Shown piece by piece: positions 56,765-64,000 of a DNA stretch of 64,000 bases. Position 1 is the first letter of the stretch, and the number at the start of each line of letters is the position of its first letter. Location of the stretch: assembly GCA_029259115.1 (NCBI GenBank), contig JAPDJO010000002.1, positions 1 through 64,000 of the forward strand, given 5' to 3'. A program made the position numbers and the translations under genes. The DNA comes from Thermoplasmatota archaeon (GTDB taxonomy: Archaea > Thermoplasmatota > E2 > DHVEG-1 > B18-G2). Under the pieces are notes generated by a model, which was given only the letters and a program-made list of their open reading frames with translations, was not told where the DNA came from and did not search any database.

Positions 56765-57201
56765 TTAACCACCTCTATCTTCACAACATTCCTAACCATA
56801 TACGCCTTAGGAAGATTCTCAAAAACAACTCTCAGATTTTTTGTCAAGATTCCGCTCTTCATATCTTCCCACTTTACAGTTTTTCTGTATCCATCTGAGC
56901 CAATAATAGTGTATGAATACGTTTCAGGATTTTTGATCCCTGCAAGCTTTATGATATCCTCAAGAGATATACCAGTGTAGTTTTCTTTTGTTATAACATT
57001 CTGTATTGTTTTGGACTCGTATGCACTAAATATCTCATTTACAGACAACTTCTTCCCATCTATCTCTATGAAGTCACTCGATGCTACGCTTTTTGTAGCG
57101 TGCACGTAGATGTTTGAGATGATGCCAATCAGAAGTAAAAGCATAGCAATTGAGATTATGGTATTTTCCTTCCCCCATTTCATCATCTTTACGAAATTCA
57201 T
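56761..57201 (-). CDS. Membrane-anchored protein with molybdopterin-binding (sulfite oxidase-like) fold
   Basis: N-terminal TM helix; YTGISLEDII, IIGSDGY and MVRNVVKIEV resemble the Oxidored_molyb core; contains no Cys. Confidence 0.55.
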   Translation of the reverse strand: MNFVKMMKWGKENTIISIAMLLLLIGIISNIYVHATKSVASSDFIEIDGKKLSVNEIFSAYESKTIQNVITKENYTGISLEDIIKLAGIKNPETYSYTIIGSDGYRKTVKWEDMKSGILTKNLRVVFENLPKAYMVRNVVKIEVVK

Positions 57202-57210
57202 GAACTGTAT

Positions 57211-57891
57211 TTAAACTACACTGTTTATCATACCGTACTCTTGTAGTTTTATTAGACCTATCTTTCTCAAATTCCTATCATTCCTCCTCTCTGAGAACCT
57301 TATCAAAGCACGATAGATTTCCCTGTTGAGATAATTCAAGTTCAGATTAGCTCTTGATTCGTAGCTTTCAAGGAGGAACTTGCATAGACGAAATTTTTCA
57401 TCTGTGAACTTTTCATCAGTTGTTAGTATCGATATACACATCTCAGCAAGATCTTCTTCAACTCTTCCGATCCTACTCTCCTCAAAATCTAAACCATACA
57501 GTTTTTCTTTATCCACGATAAAATTTCTAAGTATAGAGTCCCCTCTTATTATGTGCTTATCTTTGAAGAATGAATGAAAATCTGAAAGCCAGTCAGCTAA
57601 TCTATCCATAACTCTAATCTTTTCTCTGTTTTTGAGGTTTACAAAGTCACATAGATTTTCTCCAGGTAAAAATTCCATAATGATAAACCTATCTTTTCTG
57701 TTGATCTCATATATACTCGGAACACTTAAATTATCTTGCAGTAACCTTAAAACACTATACTCTCTATCCAATCTTCTCATAGATGAAAATATCTTCAGTA
57801 CTCTATCCTCTCCGTCTACTTCTATCCTAAAGACCCTATTCTTCTTACTTTTGAACCTCTCTTTTATTCTGAATTTCTTGATACTATTCAT
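57211..57891 (-). CDS. APH/RIO/Kdo-like small-molecule or protein kinase
   Basis: KNRVF, VLKIF, IIMEFLPG, RGDSILRNF, LDFEE. ATG 57891 overlaps the upstream stop (ATGA). Confidence 0.7.
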   Translation of the reverse strand: MNSIKKFRIKERFKSKKNRVFRIEVDGEDRVLKIFSSMRRLDREYSVLRLLQDNLSVPSIYEINRKDRFIIMEFLPGENLCDFVNLKNREKIRVMDRLADWLSDFHSFFKDKHIIRGDSILRNFIVDKEKLYGLDFEESRIGRVEEDLAEMCISILTTDEKFTDEKFRLCKFLLESYESRANLNLNYLNREIYRALIRFSERRNDRNLRKIGLIKLQEYGMINSVV

Positions 57892-58475
57892 TTTTCTACT
57901 ATCTCTATAGAAACTACATTTCTGACCCACAGATTTGATGGAGTTAGATATCCCTCTTCGCTCACAAATGCAACTCTGAGAGGTCCTTCATCCTCGCCAA
58001 GAGTACTTCCATCTTTTTCATATGCCAATATCATAGTCAAGTTTCCCACTCCAATAGGATTTCCACTCTCGTTGTAGATGTCTACTTTGCCTTTTATCAT
58101 GTCCATGGAATAGTCTTTCTCGTAACCATCGCTGGCAATAACAGTTATAGAGTAATTCTCTGGAAGAGAAAACTCTTGGAGAATGTATTCAAATGAGACA
58201 CCCTTGTAGAGATTTGGCCCAACAGTTACGTTATTCTTTTTAACATATCCTCCATATCCTGATATGCTAGGCATAGATTTTAAGTCATCTAGAGTGTAAT
58301 TCTTGACCTCGTCTCCATATCTTGCTGTCAAAACATAGCTTATTCCTTGCTCTTCCTCTTGAGTTATCTCCTTCTCAGATTTTGGTAAGCTTACATAGAT
58401 GTATGCACCTATGGCTGCGATTAGAATAATTATGAAAGTTACTGTCACAATCTTGTCGTTCTTCTCCCCCACCAT
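57888..58475 (-). CDS. Membrane-anchored protein with molybdopterin-binding (sulfite oxidase-like) fold
   Basis: N-terminal TM helix; YTLDDLKSMP, YKGVSF, VIASDGY, MILAYEKDG, GPLRV, WVRNVVSIEI. No Mo-ligand Cys. Confidence 0.65.
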   Translation of the reverse strand: MVGEKNDKIVTVTFIIILIAAIGAYIYVSLPKSEKEITQEEEQGISYVLTARYGDEVKNYTLDDLKSMPSISGYGGYVKKNNVTVGPNLYKGVSFEYILQEFSLPENYSITVIASDGYEKDYSMDMIKGKVDIYNESGNPIGVGNLTMILAYEKDGSTLGEDEGPLRVAFVSEEGYLTPSNLWVRNVVSIEIVEK

Positions 58476-58520
58476 GTTACACCAAAAAGAAAATTAACTT
58501 TTAAGCTTTGTTAATTTTGG

Positions 58521-59270
58521 ATGATCAAAATTGGATGTTGTGGATTCGCTAAAGGGAAAAAAGAGTATTTTAAACATTTCAAACTCGTTGAGATCCAGCA
58601 GACGTTTTACAAGATAATTCCAGAAGATACCCTGGAGAGATGGCGTCGCGATGCTCCAAACGATTTCGAATTCACTGTTAAGGCATTTCAAGGTATTACC
58701 CATCCTATAAATAGCCCAACTTGGAGAAGAAGTGGAATTAACTTGAAGGGAAATGAGAGATATGGTAATCTTCAATCTAGCGAAGAGGTGTTCGAATCCT
58801 GGGAAATTACCAAAAGGGCATGCGAGATATTAAATGCAAAGATATGCCTCATACAACTTCCAAAGAGATTCAAAGATAGCAGGGAGAACATAGAAAATGC
58901 AAGAAATTTCTTTTCTAGCATAGATAGAGATAGTATAGATATAGCTGTCGAGCTGAGAGGCTGGTCAGATGAAAATATAGAGAAACTATGCAGAGATTAC
59001 AATCTGATAGATTGTAGAGATCCATTCGCATCTAAGCCAGCTTATCTGAATGAAATAGCATATCTTAGACTGCACGGCTCTCCGCCTGGTGACAAGATGT
59101 ACAGGTATCAATATACAGAGGAAGACTTACACAAATTGGAAGACTATATCAAGAATCTGGATGTTGGAGAGATATATGTACTTTTCAACAATATCTACAT
59201 GTTTGAAGATGCCAAAAGATTTCAAGAGATTTTGAAAAAGGAGGAAGGCGGGGAGGGATGGGACAGGTGA
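58521..59270 (+). CDS. DUF72 family protein
   Basis: IKIGCCGF, VEIQQTFY, FEFTVKAFQGITH, YLRLHG, YVLFNN. Confidence 0.9.
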   Translation: MIKIGCCGFAKGKKEYFKHFKLVEIQQTFYKIIPEDTLERWRRDAPNDFEFTVKAFQGITHPINSPTWRRSGINLKGNERYGNLQSSEEVFESWEITKRACEILNAKICLIQLPKRFKDSRENIENARNFFSSIDRDSIDIAVELRGWSDENIEKLCRDYNLIDCRDPFASKPAYLNEIAYLRLHGSPPGDKMYRYQYTEEDLHKLEDYIKNLDVGEIYVLFNNIYMFEDAKRFQEILKKEEGGEGWDR

Positions 59271-59281
59271 GGAGAGAGACC

Positions 59282-59330
59282 GCCTGCATGTGCCCGTCTT
59301 AGGGCCCTTTACTATACATGCAGGCTTTTT
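59282..59330 (+). terminator. Stem-loop plus T5 after the DUF72 gene
   Basis: GCCTGCATGT...ACATGCAGGC 10-bp stem with inner GCCC/GGGC, followed by TTTTT. Confidence 0.4.
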
Positions 59331-59447
59331 GATCCTCAATCTCTAGACCTAAAACACGTACAGGGTTTATAAATGAGAGGAGGGGGTAAAAAGTGTTTAA
59401 AAACTTTTCGATTCAATATAATACATGGAGCCATTTTTCATATTGAT

Positions 59448-60476
59448 ATGCCTATCCTCAGAAGTAGACAGAAACTAGACATATCTTATATACCTTCTAA
59501 GGTGCTATGCAGAGATAGGGAGATACAGATTTTGAAAACACTCGTAGAGAGTGGCGGAAAAGCTCTCATATCAGGAGAAATAGGAACAGGTAAAACCTTG
59601 CTCGCCAGGTATCTCTTTAAAGAATCAATCTACATAAATTGTTTTGTAAACAGATCAGAGCATGCAATATTAGAGAGTATCCTATCAAAAGTCAGACCAA
59701 GTTTCAATCCTGCCGGTTTACCTACGAGGAAATTATGGGAGCAAATACCTGATAACACTGTGATTATACTGGATGAAATCGAGGGCATCTCCTTGGATGA
59801 CTTGAACCATTTTCTGTATACACTATCGAGAAGATCCGAATGTGGTAGGAGGTTGAAGTATATCGCTATAACTAGAGATGCAAATATTTTGAGACAAATG
59901 ATAGGAGATGATGCAACTTGGAGTACATTTGCAGAAAAAGCAGTGATCCAGCTTCAACCTTATAACCACAATCAAATGGTCGAAATACTTAATTATAGGG
60001 CGCAAGAAGCTCTGTATGAGGGAACCTTCGATGAGGATATACTCTCGCTTATAGCGGATATAGCTATGGAAAGCAGAGGTCATATGAGGACAGCGATCGA
60101 TATATTGAGAAACTCAGCCATACTAGCTGAGCAGAAAGGCAAGACAAAAATTGAGCCGGAAGATGTAAGAGAGACCAATCTTGATACCTGGATCGGAAAC
60201 CTAGACTCGCTTGATAAGAATCATCTTTTGGTGTTGCTCTCTATAGCTAAAGCGTGCTCAAATAAGGCTTATACAACTTTAGAGGATTTAAAGGAGCACT
60301 ACTTCATAGAATGCGAAAATCATAACATAGAGCCTACAGACATAGAACATCTAATCCCGAGACTGGAAGCAGAGGGGTTTATTAGTAGAAGAGAGAGCGA
60401 TGGTAAATGTGCTTTACTGATACCTTCTAAGATAATAACAAAAGAAATCGAGGAGAACCTCGAGAAAATCTTATAA
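59448..60476 (+). CDS. cdc6: Cdc6/Orc1-like AAA+ ATPase with C-terminal wHTH
   Basis: LDISYIP..LCRDREI, Walker A GEIGTGKT, YINC, Walker B ILDEIE, PYN..Q..EIL..R, GHMRTAIDILR. Confidence 0.8.
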   Translation: MPILRSRQKLDISYIPSKVLCRDREIQILKTLVESGGKALISGEIGTGKTLLARYLFKESIYINCFVNRSEHAILESILSKVRPSFNPAGLPTRKLWEQIPDNTVIILDEIEGISLDDLNHFLYTLSRRSECGRRLKYIAITRDANILRQMIGDDATWSTFAEKAVIQLQPYNHNQMVEILNYRAQEALYEGTFDEDILSLIADIAMESRGHMRTAIDILRNSAILAEQKGKTKIEPEDVRETNLDTWIGNLDSLDKNHLLVLLSIAKACSNKAYTTLEDLKEHYFIECENHNIEPTDIEHLIPRLEAEGFISRRESDGKCALLIPSKIITKEIEENLEKIL

Positions 60477-61034
60477 CTTCTTTAATCCCTGCCACCATTC
60501 ATTGCAAGTAGTCTTTGTAAGAGCATCCATCAACTGTTTTGCAGACCTCGTTTTCAACCTCTGAGAGATTCTTACAATCCAATCCTTTGCAGATTCAAAT
60601 CCAATCTCAATGTATTCCTTAGCAGTAAATGCCATTTCCAAAAGATCTGCATCTTTAGCAATAATCCCAGCTCTTCCTTTGAGACTTTCAAATTCTCTCC
60701 ATATTTTAAATATACCCTCCCCGATCTCTCCGAGGGATTTGCTTTGTTCCTCTATAATTTTTTCTTCATTTGCATCAACATATCTTTTAGCAACTTTGTG
60801 CAGATCCCCGATTCTACATTCCGCTATATCATGAAATACTAGCATCGTGCAGACTTCTTCAGGCTTTTCATACTCCTCCATTTTAGCCAATATATATCCA
60901 ATCTGTGCCGCTCTCAGTGAATGCTCAGCTACACTTTCTGGATCTTTAACTCCACACAATTTCCAACCCTCATGCTTAATTTTTCTTAACTGTCCTAGTT
61001 CACATATGAATTTGCAGATCCCAATCTCTTCCAT
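60471..61034 (-). CDS. HD-domain phosphohydrolase (YfbR/HD_3 type)
   Basis: GW..GV..PESVAEHS, FHDIAE..GD, KDADLLE. Confidence 0.88.
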   Translation of the reverse strand: MEEIGICKFICELGQLRKIKHEGWKLCGVKDPESVAEHSLRAAQIGYILAKMEEYEKPEEVCTMLVFHDIAECRIGDLHKVAKRYVDANEEKIIEEQSKSLGEIGEGIFKIWREFESLKGRAGIIAKDADLLEMAFTAKEYIEIGFESAKDWIVRISQRLKTRSAKQLMDALTKTTCNEWWQGLKKL

Positions 61035-61090
61035 GGTTTAGAAAACAAAATTTATCTTATAAATCTTGAATACAGTCTTGTTCGAAAAAA

Positions 61091-61163
61091 TGGGCCCGCT
61101 GGGATTCGAACCCAAGTCTATGGCTCCCGAAGCCACAAGGATACCAAGCTACCCCACGGGCCC
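61091..61163 (-). tRNA. tRNA-Pro (CGG), no intron, CCA not encoded
   Basis: Acceptor GGGCCCG/CGGGCCC, anticodon arm GTGGC-TTCGGGA-GCCAT, T-loop TTCGAAT. Confidence 0.96.
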
Positions 61164-61198
61164 CCGAAAAGAAGAAATCCCATATAAATTAAAATAAC

Positions 61199-61993
61199 TT
61201 ACTTGATGAGTTTTGCAAACTCCTTGTATTTCTCCTCTAAGATCCTGGAAGCCTCTATCAGTATAGTTTTTGCATCCAGAGATCCATCTGTTTCGAACTT
61301 GAATATGTATTTACTCTCATCACCCTTTACCTCCATCGCTCCATCTTCTGTAACTTCCATGCAAGATTTGCAAAGAGAGCATTCCTCGACATTTTTGACA
61401 ACTAGCTTTCCATCTTTTTCTTCCAAGATTTTCTTTGGGCAAGCCTCTATAGCTCTCTTTCTAGATTCTTCATCAAGTTTATCCTGATTTATCTTGATTA
61501 TCGGGTAATATTTGTATCCCGGAGCTACAACAGCCTGCCATTTTGCATGGTCTTTACCTCTTCCAAGCACGGCTTCGGCTTCCAAAATTAGTCTTTGCCC
61601 TTCAAACAATTCAACTATAGGTATGTTTGGATCTACGACCTTCCACTTCTCATTTTCAGGTTGCAAGTCTCCAGAATATATTACTCCGGGTTCTTCTCTA
61701 CTTAAAGTATATCTAACTGTACAGTTTGGGCAACCTTCACCTTTACATGAGCATTTATCTCGTGGAACTAGAAGTTTAAGATCGGTTGGAAGAGGAATCA
61801 TACCCAATCTGTGAGCAATGATCTCATCAAACAGAGGCGAGGTATTGTCATAGAAGATTACATCTTCTATAGCTAATTTTGGAACTTCCCTTAACATAGC
61901 TCTCCTTAAAGCATTCACAAAGTAATGTGATGTATCTGATACTACTAACTTTGCATATCTCTCCTTTAATTCAACAACCTCAACCTTTACCAA
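61199..61993 (-). CDS. rpoD: DNA-directed RNA polymerase subunit D (Rpo3) with Fe-S domain
   Basis: NALRR, NTSPLFDEIIAHRLGMIP, G.GKDHAKWQ, CP..CSLCKSC, ETDGSL. Confidence 0.96.
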   Translation of the reverse strand: MVKVEVVELKERYAKLVVSDTSHYFVNALRRAMLREVPKLAIEDVIFYDNTSPLFDEIIAHRLGMIPLPTDLKLLVPRDKCSCKGEGCPNCTVRYTLSREEPGVIYSGDLQPENEKWKVVDPNIPIVELFEGQRLILEAEAVLGRGKDHAKWQAVVAPGYKYYPIIKINQDKLDEESRKRAIEACPKKILEEKDGKLVVKNVEECSLCKSCMEVTEDGAMEVKGDESKYIFKFETDGSLDAKTILIEASRILEEKYKEFAKLIK

Positions 61994-62004
61994 ATCAGAT
62001 CACC

Positions 62005-62388
62005 CTAAACTCTTCTTCCTCTCTTTCCACCTTTCTTTCTGCCACCATCATGAGGTATAGGCGTTACATCTTCTATCCTTCCAACCTTCAGTCCTGCTCT
62101 AACTAAAGCTCTTATTGCAGCTTGAGCTCCTGGACCTGGGACTTTACTTTTTGTCCCTCCCGGTCCTCTTACCTTTATGTGTATCTTGTCTATCCCTTTC
62201 TCCTTCGCCATCTCTGCAACTCTCTGAGCTACAAGCATCGCTGAATAGGGAGAACCTTCATCCTTTGCAGATTTTGTTACCATCCCACCAGAGCATCTTG
62301 CTATTGTTTCAGCTCCTGTTAAGTCTGTTATTGTGATTATGACATTATTGAAGGAAGCGTATATGTGGGCAACTCCCCATCTTCCCAT
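62005..62388 (-). CDS. rps11: 30S ribosomal protein uS11
   Basis: [38 protein letters not shown]. Confidence 0.97.
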   Translation of the reverse strand: MGRWGVAHIYASFNNVIITITDLTGAETIARCSGGMVTKSAKDEGSPYSAMLVAQRVAEMAKEKGIDKIHIKVRGPGGTKSKVPGPGAQAAIRALVRAGLKVGRIEDVTPIPHDGGRKKGGKRGRRV

Positions 62389-62389
62389 C

Positions 62390-62956
62390 CTATTCCTCCT
62401 TTACCTCAACCATTTTAGGTTTAGGAATAGTGTCAACAGAAGGCCTAGCCGGATGAGATGGATCATATAAAGGAGAGTCGGGTGCATAATCTATATCTTT
62501 TTCCTCATCTGCTCTGACCATATAGCTTGGTACAGTTACTCTTCTTCCTCTTATGGCTATATGACCATGCACTACGAGTTGCCTTGCCTGCTTTGGAGTG
62601 GCTGCAAGACCTTTGAGATAAACCAACGTCTGTAACCTTCTTTTAAGTATATCTTCAACAGTCAAAGCTAGACAATCATCAAGCGTTGCATCAGGTTTTA
62701 CTAAATTCATTCTTATAAGGTGATTCATCAGCTGTTCGACTTGTCTTTTGTAAACAGGATCTTCGGATCCTACCTTAGCTAGTAGTTTTCTTGCTTGTGT
62801 TCTATATTTTCTCAAAATGGTTTCTGCCTTCCATATCTCTCTCTTATTCTTTAACCCATACTTTTTCATCAGTTCGTTTTCTCTCTTTATCCTCTCCTCT
62901 TCCCATGGATGCGAAGGAGTTTCATATTTTTTCCTCAATCTCCTAGGATCCCCCAT
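62390..62956 (-). CDS. rps4: 30S ribosomal protein uS4
   Basis: [44 protein letters not shown]. Confidence 0.97.
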   Translation of the reverse strand: MGDPRRLRKKYETPSHPWEEERIKRENELMKKYGLKNKREIWKAETILRKYRTQARKLLAKVGSEDPVYKRQVEQLMNHLIRMNLVKPDATLDDCLALTVEDILKRRLQTLVYLKGLAATPKQARQLVVHGHIAIRGRRVTVPSYMVRADEEKDIDYAPDSPLYDPSHPARPSVDTIPKPKMVEVKEE

Positions 62957-62966
62957 AAAAATCCCT

Positions 62967-63419
62967 TTACTTTCTCTTTCTAGATACTCCCAATGCGAGA
63001 CCTTTTCTTCCGTTTGATCTTGTCCTCTGCCCTCTAACCGGTAAGCCTAGCTCATGTCTTATTCCTCTGTAAGCCCTTATCTTCTTTAATCTGTTGATAT
63101 CTTCTCTCTTCGTTAGATCAATATCTGCACCTATAAGATGAAGATCTTTACCTGTGTAGTAGTCTTTTCTTCTGTTCATTAACCAACCCGGAGCGAACTT
63201 GTTGAGGTTTGATATGATCTCTTGGATTTTTTCTATCTTCTCGTCAGGCAGGTTTCCTATCTTTTCAAATCTATTGACCCCTGCAGCATCAGCTATTATC
63301 GTGCTGAGATGAAAACCTATACCTTTTATCCTTGTTAGAGCGTGAACTACGCTTTTTTCTCCATTGAGATCAGTATCTGCAATTCTAACTATGTACTTGA
63401 AGTCCTGATTTTCTTGCAT
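62967..63419 (-). CDS. rps13: 30S ribosomal protein uS13
   Basis: [44 protein letters not shown]. Start is ATG 63419 or a nearby alternative codon, not 63554. Confidence 0.95.
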   Translation of the reverse strand: MQENQDFKYIVRIADTDLNGEKSVVHALTRIKGIGFHLSTIIADAAGVNRFEKIGNLPDEKIEKIQEIISNLNKFAPGWLMNRRKDYYTGKDLHLIGADIDLTKREDINRLKKIRAYRGIRHELGLPVRGQRTRSNGRKGLALGVSRKRK

Positions 63420-63595
63420 TTCCTGCTCAGCCAGTTCTATCACCTCTTTCAGTATAACAGAGAGTAAGCCTAATAATAATAAAACTGGTATATAAGGATT
63501 TAGGAAAGAGAGATTTTTTGTATCACTTACCAAGTTGACATTGCTAAATCGCAAGATTTAAAAGATAAAATATTATATAAATACATGGGAGAAAA

Positions 63596-64000
63596 GTGAC
63601 CGGGTGGAAGAGTAAACTATTCGTTCTGGCAATTTCTATCCTAATTATATCCGCTATACTCTCTCTGGCTATTACTTTCACTTTTACCGAGATAAAAGAA
63701 AGCACGGAGGAATTGTTAATTAAAATCGATACAGATAGGGCACCCATAGGGATTGAACCCCTCGCTCTTAATCTTTCTGCAAGGATACTTAACGCTAAAG
63801 GAAAAGTTACCTACGAGTGGGATCTTGGGAATGGAGAAAAATCAAATAAAGAAAAAGTCACGATAACCTATGACGAGCCCGGTACATATAATTGCACTCT
63901 TACAGTTACCGATGAAATCGGCAGAAAAGCAGTAGATAGTATAAAATAATCGTGGAAAGGAATAGACCACCTATAGTTACACTCAACATAAATAAAAAGA
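63596..64000 (+). CDS. Membrane-anchored PKD-domain protein, apparent frameshift near 63943-63946, runs off window
   Basis: TM/signal then PKD (YEWDLGNG...PGTYNCTLTVTD). One extra A in the A4 run gives SIKIIVERNRPPIVTLNINK, the typical start of a next PKD repeat. Confidence 0.65.

Noticed and set aside
59331-59447. Replication origin next to cdc6
   Set aside because: No ORB consensus (TCCAGTGGAAAC with G-string) or repeated boxes recognised; region is short.
25739-60476. Many convergent genes overlapping by a few bases at their stop codons
   Set aside because: Common in compact archaeal genomes; no specific signal beyond compaction.
63447-63554. Hydrophobic N-terminal extension of uS13
   Set aside because: Lies upstream of the SD in the promoter region; artefact of longest-ORF calling.
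1-64000. CRISPR arrays, IS elements, rRNA genes, tRNA introns
   Set aside because: No regularly spaced repeats, transposase motifs or rRNA-like tracts were seen; all three tRNAs fold without introns.

Overview
Gene-dense archaeal chromosome segment, probably from an anaerobic heterotrophic Thermoplasmatota-type euryarchaeote (taxonomy is inferred from gene content). From left to right it holds: a Thermococcales-like group 3b [NiFe] sulfhydrogenase operon (hydB partial, hydG, hydD, hydA, maturation protease); a TrmB-like regulator; a THUMP-SPOUT methyltransferase; a PKD lipoprotein; tRNA-Glu(CTC), a SAMP/ThiS gene and tRNA-Ser(CGA); a glycogen cluster whose two GT4 genes are both interrupted; a probable H/ACA guide sRNA; nth and putP; a secreted Ntn-hydrolase/PQQ-propeller protein; CBS proteins, hjc, uspA, coaBC and pantoate kinase; an MgtE-like/PhoU-TrkA_C operon; and a porCDAB-type operon. 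Next comes a large archaellum locus with EarA, five archaellin-like genes, FlaC/DE/F/G/H, two FlaI copies, FlaJ and a PAS-coiled-coil-PAS protein. The rest is purH, a thpR / PAP2::CCA fusion / YqgF-like operon, an AOR operon with unexplained accessory genes, a cdc6-like gene, tRNA-Pro(CGG) and rps13-rps4-rps11-rpoD. The best candidates for undescribed biology are: (1) an archaellin with an Sm/Hfq-like domain in its leader and a hairpin in its own 5' UTR; (2) the PAP2::CCA fusion in a possible tRNA 3'-end repair operon; (3) a possible pterin-cofactor scavenging module co-transcribed with AOR; (4) the unannotated H/ACA RNA; (5) the duplicated FlaI beside a kinase-less PAS rod. All protein assignments come from motif recognition, not database searches. 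No CRISPR array or transposase was seen.
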